From Octopus sinensis (Eukaryota), in contig NC_042998.1 of assembly GCF_006345805.1 (NCBI RefSeq), positions 92,628,001 to 92,692,000 on the forward strand: a stretch of DNA of 64,000 bases, in the 5' to 3' direction. The notes beneath the pieces are model-generated. The model saw only the letters and a list, made by a program, of their open reading frames with translations. It was not told the origin of the DNA and made no database searches. Positions 1 to 11,849 of this stretch are shown here, piece by piece. The stretch's first letter is position 1, and each line of letters starts with the position of its first letter. The translations under genes and the position numbers were made by a program.

Positions 1-317
1 AGCGTTTAAGAGGGGGGAAAGCATTACACTGGAATATACTTTTGATTTAGTTCTATTTTATTTAAACAGTTTTTAAAAACTAATTGCGATTTTTAGAAAC
101 ACCTACTTCATATTTCTTTATGTACACTTGTAAAGACTTCGTAAAGAATTTAAAGAAACAATAAAAAAAATAATAAAGAAAGTTATGGTGGGTTGCTTAT
201 TCTGAAACTTTGCATTAGTTTCTATAAATAATTATAACTAATAATAATAAAGTTTATATTTTATAAAAACTAAAATAGTGATTATATTTATAAAACAAAT
301 GATATTTTTCTTCGAAG

Positions 318-625
318 TTGCCTGCCAATATAAAAATATTCCCTACCTTTGTCCCGGACAACAAACTCTCATCGACCACAACAGCTGGCTGTATAATAAG
401 AAGTACACCAGACTGGTACAGTTCACTACTGTAAATAGCAGCAGCAGGAGCACTATAAAAATGAGCGAGTGTTTCTATTCCAATATTACGAGTAACAGCT
501 CCAACAGGAACTCGCTCGATACACTATCTGAGACGAAAGTCGATCCCGAAAAATCAGATATCGTAAAGTATTTATCTAGTCAAGCTTCTTCTTGTCTGTG
601 CCAGAAACACCGTTCTCATGTATAA
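318..625 (+). CDS. Possible terminal coding exon of an unidentified gene
   Basis: Pyrimidine tract plus AG acceptor (tttttcttcgaag|318), an open frame to TAA at 625, AATAAA about 100 bp downstream, and higher GC than the flanks. No recognisable domain. Confidence 0.25.
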
Positions 626-1796
626 TTAAACATCATATTCTTTGCATAGACATGTTGCCGTAGGCGAAGTGCTGTTCAGTCAACGTCTGAATATACAAAT
701 GCAGTCATGACCCAATAGTGACAATACAATAAATATACTTTTCTATATAAATAAAAAAAACTCTTGTATGCAAGGGCCTTTTCTCTCTCTCTTTCTTTCT
801 CTATTTCCTAAGTGGAACGAATTCACCCAAATATGTTTTCTATTGAATATACACACAGATATTCATCCAATAATTCTAAAGTATATCACGAGTCGTTATT
901 TAGTCGCCGTCGCGTGTAATAAAAGGCATAACAACATCAATTCCGTGAGGAATACACAACTGCGAGGTGCCCCCAGCCATCAGCTGCGATATTGATATGA
1001 TTATTTATTTATTTTAAAAACAGAGATACCATTTAAGAGAAGAACAGAAGTAGTAGAACACAAATCTAGTATATAACTGGTATTTATTTTACTAATATCG
1101 AAGACATACAAATAAAAAATTACGTTTAATGTAAAGCGAGGTTTTGAACGTAGAAACGCAAAATCGTCCGATATTGGCACCGACCGCACTGCATTATATA
1201 GGTAATAAAAACGGTGATTTATCGCCTACTAAATAAAGATATAAAATAATAATAGTTTTCATGTAATACATTTGCAAGTAAATTATTTCACTTCTAGTTA
1301 TTTACCTCCAAACAACAACAAAAACATCATACCGGAGAATTTATTTTGCTTCTGAATTCAACTTCCGACGTGTATGCGAAAAGTAACTACTATTTACCCG
1401 GTGGTTGAAGACTGTTGCTTCTAAAATAATCGTAACATTCATTTACAGTAATTAAACTTAAATATTGAGAGTTAGAATAGGAAATTACTTTATTAGATGC
1501 AAAACACAGTAAGAATTTATGAAATACTACTCTGCTAATGTAATAAAACCTACAATCAGGTTATTTACGCTATACATCCGGCATTTGACAGAAGGAACTT
1601 TCTTGAGAATAACGAAATAAGGAATGTGTAATTATCACAATATATATAAATATATATGTACATATTCAAGGATTTTTCTCGCAGGAAGCTAATTACTTAT
1701 AAACTTTCTCGGATTAGAAAGCGAAATGTAAATAAACAGTGAAAAACAACGTCGGGTTAATAACTTACTATTGATGTAAATAGTTCACCCCTAACA

Positions 1797-1985
1797 GCAG
1801 GCCCGTCTTAAAAAAAAACAAAAAAAAAACACTGTAAGGCATACTCTGTGTAAAGCAATAGACTGGGGATCCAACGCAGTTAACCTACATGTATGCCACA
1901 ACATGCATATCTTAGCATAGGTCTCTTTGACCGTGGGGGACCCCTGGGCAACGGCCCAACGTGCGTACTTGCTTAATAGAGGAGG
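1797..1985. mobile_element. Degenerate MITE-like element
   Basis: Starts caggcccgtcttaa, similar to the CAGGGCCGGATTAA TIR at 24357. The 3' part (acgtgcgtacttgcttaa) resembles that element's subterminal region, but the right TIR is decayed. Confidence 0.3.
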
Positions 1986-2396
1986 AATAAACACATTGGA
2001 AATAGCAACACTGAAAATGCGTGGCTACAAAGAGAAAGAAAGAGAGAAAGGGGAAATCGTGTTGCTATGAACTGTTGTTGATGCTACCTGCACAACTCAC
2101 TGCTAGGAATGGGAAAAAATACAGTGATATATAGGTATCATACGCCACTCAGGTGAATATCGAGATTCGATATATGTAACTATCTATCAACTCGATAATT
2201 CTGTCAGTAAGCACATCTGAAAGTTCTTAAAGCATTTTTGATCACCTAACATTTTTTTTAAATGTTGTTTTTATTTAAAAAAAAAAAAAAATTCGAATTT
2301 TTGTCTCAGCATTACATTAAGAGTGACCAGAAATTCTGTATTTATTCTTCGTGGGTGCTTGGAATGGTATTCCAAATAAATCATTCTTTCTTTAGA

Positions 2397-2690
2397 CACA
2401 AGGGTTGACATTTTGGGGAGGGGTTAGTCGATGAAATCAACTCCCAGTACTTGACCGGCACGTCACTTTATTTTATCGACCTCGGTAGGGCTAATGGCAA
2501 AGTTGACCTCAGAACCATACACACACAAAATAATAATAATTGTTTCTAATTTAGGTACAAGGCCAGCTATTTTGAGGTGAAGAGGTTACTCGATCGCATC
2601 GATCCAGTACTTAACTGGTACTTTAATTGGATCGACCCCGGAATGATGATAGGCAAAGTTGACCTCGGCTGGACTTGAACTTAGAATCAC
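2397..2690 (-). mobile_element. Two adjacent partial tRNA-derived SINE copies (family A)
   Basis: Two runs of cacaagg...ttttgggg...atcgacccc...ggcaaagttgacctc, matching fuller copies at 36535 and 46582. Confidence 0.75.
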
Positions 2691-3744
2691 AAAAAAAAAA
2701 TAAAAAATAACACAAGACAAATCGACTACAGCACGTGAAACGGTACAGAAAAGAATGGATCAATATGGAAAGCAAAGAAATTTGAAAAAAAAAAAAGTCC
2801 ATACTACATCGAATAATATACTTTTTTCTGTCTTTCGATGAGAATGGAAAGAATAAAGAAATTGGACGAAGAAGCGACGCCAACTCCTAAATAAAAAGAC
2901 GTAACTAGAATTAATATGATCGGGTCTTTTATTAGATTATTGTTTTGATCTTTTAGTTGTTGTTCTTGTTTCTGCATTTTATGTTGTTGTTTTTTGTTTT
3001 TTTTTAGAAAAAAGTTTCCATCATTTAATTTCGGATAGAGGTATATAAATAAATAAAATTATATTTTACTAGTTGAAGAAGAAATCAAATACAATTGGAA
3101 TAAACATATTTAAAATTGTCTATCGAGTTGTCTTTATTTAAGGAGAGAGAGAGAGAGAGAGAGAAAGAAAGAGGGAACGAAAAAAGAGAGAGAAAGAAAG
3201 TGTGTATTCTCTGTGTATATGTTTGTACGTGTTTGTTTTTGTATGTCTTTATGTGTTTTTATGTTTAAATGTCTTTGTATGTACGTGTTAGTGCTGCTCT
3301 GTATATGCTTATATGAGTGTACAAGTTCGTGTACATGTATGTGTATGTACATGTGTATTCGTGCTGGTTGTATATGTTTGTGCGTGTGTATGTAAGTAAC
3401 GTATGTACATGTGTTGGTGTTGGTTTGTACATCTCTGTATGTGTGCGTGTGTGTGTATATGTATGCATTTACATGTTTGTCTTGGTTTCTATATGAGTAT
3501 GTGTATGTATATGTTGAGCCTTATACCTATATGAATCTGCGAATGTATGTGTAAATTATATTTGTGTGTGTGCCTGACGTTGGCGTTAATGTGGAAGGAT
3601 ATATCACGAACCAATATATCTAGTAAACAAATAAAGCAAAGCATCCGACAGACATGTTGCCAAGGCAGAATAGACAGACACCAAATAAACAACTCCACAA
3701 CGTGTAGGTAGACCAGCTACTATCGCTTCATAAACAAATATATA

Positions 3745-3765
3745 TACACATACATATACATACAT

Positions 3766-3836
<71 letters not shown>
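3745..3836. repeat. (CATA)n/(TA)n microsatellite
   Basis: Direct read. Confidence 0.95.
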
Positions 3837-3839
<3 letters not shown>

Positions 3840-4179
3840 CATAATACCCTAGATAAACAGAAATATAAATAAACCACAGCATATACTATACGATTCAAGG
3901 AAATCAAGGGTAGGAAAGAAAACCAAAAACAAATCTAAACTGCTGAGATACATTAACAAGAGAAGAAAGTTGAATAGTAATATTAATAATAAACTGCAAT
4001 TATTAGTGTTATTACAAAATAACGAAGATAGTTTGTTTTATCGTTTTCTCTCTATAATAATTAGTGAATAAAAACAAAATTATTTTTACTTACCCAAGAT
4101 ATATTATATGTATTTATATGTATGTTATCAGCGAATAAAGAGTCATCCTTTTCAAGCAAAAGACAGCCGTCAGCTCGAC

Positions 4180-4400
4180 TAGTGATAGTAATAATAATAA
4201 TAAAAGTAATAATAATAGTAATAATAATAACAGTAGCAGCTGTCATTTACACTACGACCATAACGAGTTGCCGCTGTGATAGCTACTACCACTGCCACTA
4301 TTATTAGTGGATACTAACTAGCAGACCTGGTACTGTTAGTAGTAGTGGTAGTGGTGTAGTAATAGTAGTAGTAGTAGTAGTGGTGGTAGTGGTAGTAGAG
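4180..4400. repeat. (AAT)n and (AGT/GGT)n trinucleotide tracts
   Basis: Direct read. Confidence 0.85.
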
Positions 4401-4831
4401 GTGGCGATAGTGGCGCTTGTTATGATTATCGTACTGTAACTACTCTTGACCCAGCACACCCTCCTCCTCTTCCTCTACCCTTATTTTTCTCCCTACCTCG
4501 TGTCTCCCCTCCCTTTCTCTTCCTTTAACACTCTTTATCTCTATCTCCGTTCCTTATCTTTCTCTCTGTATCTCTCTCTCTCTCATAGATAGATAGATAG
4601 ATTCCTCTTCCGTTTTTTTTTCTTCTTCTCTATCTCTGTCTCTGTCTGTATCCTCCCGCGTAACTATTTTCCTCTCTCACTTTCCCTGAACTATCTCTGT
4701 CCTCCTATCTCCTTTTCTATCTCTCTATCTATCGAGATATATACAAGCACACACACACATATACTTCCATTTTTATCACTGTTTTTGTTTCTATCCTCCC
4801 TCGTAACTCTGTGGCGCTCTCCCTTTCCCTT

Positions 4832-4865
<34 letters not shown>

Positions 4866-5484
4866 ACCGCCGCTGTCACGGTTTCAACCATCAGTCGTAT
4901 CCTCTTACTCTCCACCTCAGAAACTCTCTACACACATTCAGCATTCAAATAGTTTCTATTTCACGAATTTTCTTCCAATGATAACTTCTTTTCTCTTGTG
5001 CTTGACGTTGTTGTTCACACACACTCACATACGTTTTAGTATTCCATCTTTTGTTTAATTTTTTTCTCCCCCGTTTTCTTTCAACAGATGCAACACATTA
5101 CCTTATCTTTTCTATCTCAAACCTACCTATATGTTAACAGTGGAGTTTTGATGTATACATAAGGTAGATTTTAAACTTAATTTCTACTCACTTCAATTCT
5201 GAAACATTCACACATACAATCAAGTACACACCAACTCGCAAACTCATGCACACTCATCTTTATTTACCCACAAACACTACTACACAGTGTGTGTGTGTGT
5301 GTGTGTAGAAAGGCGGTCTTTGAGTATAAAGTACCAGCTTCACTTTCTCAAACTTTGGCTGGTATGAGTTTGGTGGCCGCGTAAGTTTTTTTTCTTTGTT
5401 ATTGACATTGTGTTACGGCCAACATGTTTGTCACAGATATTTCTTTTATTCTTTCACTGAACTAGCAAACCACTGTCATACAGT

Positions 5485-5670
5485 GCCGCAAACACATTAG
5501 TACTCTGGACAAAATGCTTAGCGACTATTCTTCCGGGTTCAAACATTGTCCTTTCTCCGTTCGGGGTCGATAAAATAAGTACCTGTCAAGTACTGGGGCT
5601 CGATGTAATCGGCTAGCCACCGACACCACCCCAAATTTTAGGTCTTGTGCTTGTAGTGGGAAATTTATTT
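5485..5670 (+). mobile_element. SINE family A, degenerate
   Basis: aaatgcttagcg...gggttcaaa...ttcggggtcgataaaataagtacc...aaattttaggtcttgtgc. Confidence 0.7.
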
Positions 5671-5689
5671 TAGTTATTTCGGTCATTGG

Positions 5690-5825
5690 ACTGCAGCCAT
5701 ACTGAAGCATTGCCTTGAAGGTGTTATTTTTTTAGTTGATCAGATGGACCTCGACGCTTGTTTTAAGTGTAGTACATATTCTGTCGATTTCTTTTATTGC
5801 CGAACTGCTAAGTTATGGTGGTATA
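5690..5825 (-). mobile_element. SINE family B 3' fragment
   Basis: gccgaactgctaagttatgg and flanks match 51199-51290 and the reverse complement of 20640-20770. Confidence 0.55.
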
Positions 5826-5917
5826 ACTGTGAAAGTCACCAATACTGATTTAGTGAAAATTCTGTAAGAATACAAATTCTAATAAATCAGAACAGTGTAA
5901 GCTCACGGGGGTGAGGT

Positions 5918-6077
5918 GCAGGGCTGTCTAAAACAACGTTATAGGCCCTTGGACAAAGAACGAGACTGGGGCCTCTACATTGTCAGCAAGGCACAGCATA
6001 ATAAATTAGCATTGGTCACGTTAACCTACGGGGCCCCAAGAAAAATTCCCAGTGTGCCAAATGAAAGACAGTACTAA
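5918..6077. mobile_element. Degenerate MITE-like element
   Basis: cagggctgtct at the left end and agacagtacta at the right end form an imperfect inverted pair. Confidence 0.35.
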
Positions 6078-6114
6078 GAGTATTTTACTATTGGGACCAG
6101 AAGTTAGGGTGATG

Positions 6115-6235
6115 ATAGATTGGTAGAATCGTTAGAGCTTCGGACAAAATGCCTAGCGATATCTGTTCCAACGCTTTACGTTCTGAGGTTAACTTTCTCT
6201 TTCATCATTTTTATTGGTGGGGTCGGAAAAAATGA
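6115..6235 (+). mobile_element. SINE family A 5' head, degenerate
   Basis: tggtagaatcgttagagc...aaatgcctagcg...ctttacgttctgag. Confidence 0.6.
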
Positions 6236-7049
6236 AGTTCTCTGTTCTGGTACTGGGGGCAATTTTATGACCTACAATCCACAAAAAAAAAAAATGGAAA
6301 TTTCTAGCTTTGTACCTATGTTAGCAATGATTATGTAAGAGGTGATATAGTTTTTGGAAATCTGATATACCGATTCAGTAAAACTTGCTAAAGAATGCAA
6401 ATTGGAAAAAGTCGGAACATTTACACATTGATGCATGTCAATGGAGGTCAGAGCAATCTGATTGTTATCGGCGGAATCAATATTAACATTATTCATCTAC
6501 ACATTAGGAATATTCTGTCTTAAATTATAAAGTATCGAAGTCAAGTGAAAACGATTTTGTAAAGATGGAAATAGTATGCCATTACAAAACAGCAATATTA
6601 CCCAATTTTATATTCCATCTAAAATAACAGCAACAGCAAAACTTTAAAATATATATCACTTGACAAAACATGTTGACCGCTGCACAGCGTCAGTAACACA
6701 CACACAAACGCGCGCGCTCATCTACCTTTTGCGGCCATCAAACAGAGCGCGCTTAAAGTTTAAGTAAAACCGGTACGTTATTCTCAAAGATTGCCATACA
6801 CTCTCAGTATGTGTGTGTGTGCGTGCGTGTGTACATATGTGTGCGTGCGCGCACGTGCAAATGGTGAACAAATTTTCTTTCAAACATAAGCAAATGCGAA
6901 TAAAGTTTGACATTTTTTATTGTGGATTTTTCGTTTTCTTAAATAGTCCTTTATCAGACTAATGCATGTAGGAACGTTATTGTTCCATACCAAATACAAA
7001 CTAACTTACAAGGAAAAAAGATCAAACTTGTACTCGTGTTTGTGTTCCA

Positions 7050-7560
7050 TTAAAAAATGTGTTATGATAGGAATAGACGGAACGAAATATTCCCTAAGAT
7101 AATATGCAAGAAGCTAATGGAAAGAGGCAACTAACTAGTTATTTGGAAGCATAAATTCGAGGAAACGCAAAGAAAAAGTTTCATCGAAAAAGTAACAGAG
7201 AAGAGCAGAAGACATTGCTCAATATTATAGGAAATAAAATTGTCCGCGGATCAATATTATTCTTTGACAATTGGCGTTCGTATGATGGAATATGATGGAA
7301 TAGAATTATCACATCCATTTGAGCATTATATCAGAAAGTAACACAGTAGGAATTTTGTCAATTTTGCTACATCATCAGACAGACGTAGGATATTGAGTTC
7401 TTTGGTCTGATGCCAAGTAAAAACTGAAGTGGATTCATGGTACTTTTCAATAGTTATTAGAAAGAATCTGAATGGCGATAGCAGTAACATGCATGAGTAT
7501 TTTGGTGGTCGAGTGTTTGAAAAGATTATGAACGCTATAAATGGACGATATGTTTTGTTA
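7050..7560 (+). pseudogene. Merlin/IS1016-type (ISXO2-like) DDE transposase relic
   Basis: Frame-shifted translation gives FIEKVTEKSRKTLLNIIGNKIVRGSILFFDNWRSYDGI, then VTHSRNFVNF...IEFFWSDAK. These match the remembered Merlin motifs TL..II...I.PGS.I.SD.W..Y and VNHS..FV. Many stops. Confidence 0.65.
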
Positions 7561-7979
7561 ATTCGATTTGTTGTTGTTGTTGTTGTTTAGTGCAGGTCAA
7601 CCTTGATGAAGCAGGCGTCAGCTATCATTATCTGATGAATATTTTATAATTTCAATTTTGTAAGGCTAGTGACATACGAAACCGCCTGGTAAAATTTCTT
7701 AACGGTATGTTTCTTAATATTATACTGTATAAACTTTGTGTATGTGTGTGTGTGTGTGTGCATGTTTGTGTATGTACATGTGTGTGTGTAATCCTAATTA
7801 CACATGTTTAATGTAAATTATACCCAGTCTCTCCTTAACGACACCTTAGGTTTCCTGTTAATAGAGTTGGTCTTCACGTATTCTTTCAGTCAGCTAGGAG
7901 TTTTGGAACCCTAGATGTCGGCAAGGAAAGTTTGACTGCAATTCACAATAACTGCGAGTGCATATATATATATATATAT

Positions 7980-8013
<34 letters not shown>

Positions 8014-8107
8014 ATATGTAAATTAACATCTAATGTAGGATAGAATTTTTCGAAAAAAATTCTATCAATGGCCAGCATATTAAAAAATACCTTTAAAAGT
8101 TAAATTT

Positions 8108-8799
8108 ATAAACAATTTATAAGTAAAGGCAAAAGAAAAAAATTCTAATGCCAAAGTATGCCGAAAATGGACACTACGTCAATAACCATGTAATATATCA
8201 CTACAAGCACGTATCTCAAAGAAACCCGACAGAAATTTCTAAAAAATTCTGTTATTGCCATATCGGACCCAATTTCAGAATTAGTTCATAAGAATCTTCT
8301 CTTCATCAGTGATAAATGCGGTAAAGAAATAAGTGAAATACTTACTCATACTCATGGAAGAAGCGAGCACTAAGCCACGAGCACAACTAAGTACCCCAAA
8401 TATATTCAAAATAGAAATTCTCTAGCACACCTCGAGACACGTGCGATTCGAAACGAAAGGCTCTTGTAAAGTGAGAGAAGTGGCTTAGTGCTCGCTTTAT
8501 ATATATATAAAGTTTATCCAATCATGAACAAAGAGAAATCACACAACAACGCGAGGATGTGGAACAAGTATAAGTATTATTGGACGCTCATGAAAGGAAA
8601 GAAAGAAGGAGGATTTAATGTTTCGAGCGGAGCACTTCGCCAGAAACATAGAAAAAGGAAAGGTCCAAGGAAGGGAAGACGGAGAAAGAAAATCGCCAAC
8701 GATACACATGCGGATATATTACATGGTTATTGACGTTGTGTCCATTTTCGGCATATTTTGGCATTAGAATTTTTTTCTTTTGCCCTTACTTATAAATTG

Positions 8800-8801
<2 letters not shown>
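8108..8801. mobile_element. PLE-like remnant bounded by ~90-bp inverted repeats
   Basis: 8108-8198 is the reverse complement of 8712-8801. There is an inner 17-bp inverted pair (agcgagcactaagccac / gtggcttagtgctcgct) and two hammerhead-like relics inside. Flanked by (TA)n. Confidence 0.55.
8261..8314 (-). ncRNA. Degenerate type-I hammerhead ribozyme motif
   Basis: Minus strand reads TATCA-CTGATGA-AGAG..18nt..TTCT-GAAA-T-TGG-GTC-CGATA. Both cores are intact, stem I has an A.C mismatch at the first pair, and stem III is weak. Confidence 0.5.
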
Positions 8802-8833
<32 letters not shown>

Positions 8834-8844
8834 ATATATATATA

Positions 8845-8888
<44 letters not shown>

Positions 8889-8929
8889 TATATATATATA
8901 ATATATATATATATGAAACGGGAAAATTA

Positions 8930-9310
8930 TTAGTTACACAATATAATGATTTGTAAACAGTAATATGAAATGTCGGAGTCAGCAGTTGTGGCGATAAAAA
9001 TTTTGTTGTTATAATTGCATACTGTAGGATGTGAAAGATGGACAAGACATGAAGTTTTAAGAAAGTATTTACCGTTGCGCTACCTCGACGGGCAGGTTAT
9101 GATAAACCCAAAAGCATGCGAAGTAAAGTTTGTGCTTGTGTCCTCTTCATTGTTTAGTAGTAAATACAGAGTGAGATAGAATGATGTTGTAAGATAACAG
9201 AATTAGAGCTAGTGAGAGTTGTAGGTTGGTGGGACGTTGTCTCACAGTTGATGACAGTAAACTTCATTTCTCCCTCTGAGCAATGTTCAAGCTGGTCAGC
9301 CAGACTATTT
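8930..9310. mobile_element. LTR-like fragment, same family as 35541-36309
   Basis: Collinear match to 35600-35950 (cctcgacgggcaggttatgataaa, gagatagaatgatgttgtaaga). Confidence 0.6.
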
Positions 9311-9394
9311 TTATACAATGGAGCACTCAATATAAATTCAGTATATAATATTCTTATTGAATATATTTTCCAAAAGATTTATATATATATATGT

Positions 9395-9601
9395 ATATAA
9401 AGTTTATCCAATCATGAACAAAGAGAAATCACACAACAACGCGAGGATGTGGAACAAGTATAAGTATTATTAGACGCTCATGAAAGGAAAGAAAGAAGGA
9501 GGATTTAACGTTTCGAGCGGAGCACTTCGTCAGAAACATAGAAAAAGGAATGGTTCAAGGAAGGGAAGACGAAGAAAGAAAATCGCCAACGATACACATG
9601 C
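9395..9601 (-). mobile_element. PLE pLTR-like fragment, direct duplicate of 8505-8711
   Basis: Near-identical ~205-bp direct repeat containing the aacgtttcgagcggagcacttcgtcag motif. Confidence 0.65.
9503..9537 (-). ncRNA. Minimal type-I hammerhead motif (PLE type)
   Basis: Minus strand reads GTTT-CTGACGA-A-GTGC-TCC-GCTC-GAAA-C-GTT-AAAT. It has a 4-bp stem I, one mismatch in stem II, a palindromic AACGTT stem III and a GUU triplet. The paralog at 8613-8647 has core mutations (CTGGCGA, GAAACATT). Confidence 0.5.
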
Positions 9602-9626
9602 AGTCACACACAAACACACACACACA

Positions 9627-9682
<56 letters not shown>

Positions 9683-9736
9683 ATATATATATATATATAT
9701 AAAGAGACTAGAGTGTACGTACGCCGCTATATATAA

Positions 9737-9812
<76 letters not shown>

Positions 9813-9820
9813 TATATCAA

Positions 9821-10115
9821 ATACAAAATGGGACAAGAACGCAAAACATCCGGATAGTTAGGTGATACAAAATTGGGACAACAAAACATCCAGATGGACG
9901 ATACAAAGAAAACAAGGACGGGTCATTCGAGGTTTTCTTTCCTCAGTCAAGTATCACCCGAAATTGCGAAGATAATCTGTTACTTGACTGAGGAAAAAAA
10001 AAACTTCGATTGACCCGTCTTTGTTTTCTGTGTATTGTCTTTCTGGATGTTTTGTTGTCCCATTTTTGTATCACCTAACTGTCCGGATGTTTTGCGTTCT
10101 TGTCCCATTTTGTAT
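9821..10115. repeat. ~295-bp fold-back palindrome inside (TA)n
   Basis: Arms 9821-9953 and 9981-10115 are reverse complements with scattered mismatches around a 27-nt loop. Confidence 0.9.
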
Positions 10116-10143
10116 TATATATATATATAATATATATATATAT

Positions 10144-10175
<32 letters not shown>

Positions 10176-10182
10176 ATATATA

Positions 10183-11840
10183 TCTTATTATAAAAGGCAG
10201 ATTTTATCTGCCTCCCTTTGTAACTTATAGAAATCTACAATATAGGATTTCTTCAATTACAATTTACCTAGCATTTTTAAGAGTAGAATGCATCGGGTCA
10301 TGCCAGGTCCAGTTTTTTAAATTTAAACTCCAATTAAGCAAAATTTACAGAAAATCACATTCTGGTGTGTATGTCAAATGCTTTTCTTAATGTGGTTTAC
10401 ACCACACGCACACGCACACACACAGTGTGCAACGAATAAAATGAAAGTAAATAGCGACAGAGTGATTTGAGGAAGACTAAACTGAAAGTATTTAAACCAC
10501 TACTCAAAAAATAAAAAGACACAGCAAACAGAAACAAATAAATACATAACGATTTACTCCTCACACAATTTCTTCAATTAGAGTTTACCTAAGATTTTTC
10601 AAAGTACTCCATTCGGTCATGCCATAATATATTTCTTTCAATTTCACCCCCAATTAAGACAAAATTCGAGAAAACTCAATATTTTAACATTTCACTCCGA
10701 AAGCATTGATGTACATGTGTGCGTGCGTGAGTGTGTGTGTGTGTGTTTGATGGGTTGTGCGACACAGAAAGTGTGGTGTGTAAGTGAAGTGCTTTTGTTA
10801 GTGTGTGTAAAGAGACAGACAGAGTGAAAGACAGAAATAACTGAACTTTTTTTATTCACTTTTTGTAGTGAGTAACTGAGAGAGAAAAGAGAGAGAGAGG
10901 TTATGTATGTAAATATGTATGTATGGCTTCAGTGACACACACACACAAAAACACATACCTACGTACACCTAAAGCACGCACACACACACACACACACACA
11001 CAAGCGGAGCGCGAACTTCAAAATTTTGGTAGTATTAATTTGCGAGCGTACTTCTAAGCGCGCGTAATTGAGAGTTTTCACTATGATATCATCACGTGCG
11101 AAAAAATTCGAAGGGTTTTGAACAATTGAGATACAGATGTCACGCCTGTATTGAAACAATTGCTAAGCTGCCGTAATTGCTTAATTAAGACTTTGTTTAA
11201 ATTGAAAGGGGCAAATATGTGACGAGGTTGAAAAAAAATACCCCAGAAAAAAAAATGTACTGCTGGTATTTATATAATTCACTACTATTTTGCTACAATG
11301 TCATGAAAAAGAAAAAATTTAGGTATGTAAATCGAATTCGCCACCCCCTTTTCCCCGTTCGCGTTTGTGTAAAAAAAATTATTATTTAAGTTTTAAAAAT
11401 TATTTACTTTGTTCAAAAAATATTAATATTAATTATTTTCAAGAATTATTTAATTTTATTCTGTAAAATAGTAATTAATTCATTTATCTGTAAATCCGCG
11501 AGGTTGTTACTCAGGCACCTAGAATGGTAACCTTCAACTAACACTATCTCCTCCGAGACCCTGCGGCGCAAGTTGACCAAAATTGAGAGTATGGTAGAAG
11601 AAGGGTTGCTCTTCCTTCCGTAGAACATAAAATTCAAATCGGACCATGTTAACACCAAAAATTATTTACATCAAAAAGATGCTTTTTTCTATGAAAATCC
11701 CTATTTTTTACGATTTTTTCACTGCTGTGTCGCCATTTTTCGGTGTATTTCGACCAGAAAAATGTTCACAAAATTTTTACTTTTCAAAATTACAATTCCA
11801 GCGGGTCGAAACAAACCCGAGCAACGCCGGGCGATACTGT
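10183..11840 (+). mobile_element. Non-autonomous Helitron
   Basis: 5' A|TCTTATTATAAAAGG start and 3' hairpin CCCGAGCAACGCCGGG at 11816-11831. The terminal CTAG is absent and (TA)n follows. Internal microsatellites. Confidence 0.6.
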
Positions 11841-11849
11841 ATATATATA

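Noticed and set aside
4860-5100. Possible promoter/first exon after (CT)n
   Set aside because: Inr-like and acceptor-like motifs are too common to support a call without transcript data.
9915-10025. CTGAGGA...GTC motifs in the palindrome arms
   Set aside because: The GAAA core is replaced by GAAT or GATT, and there is no stem I.
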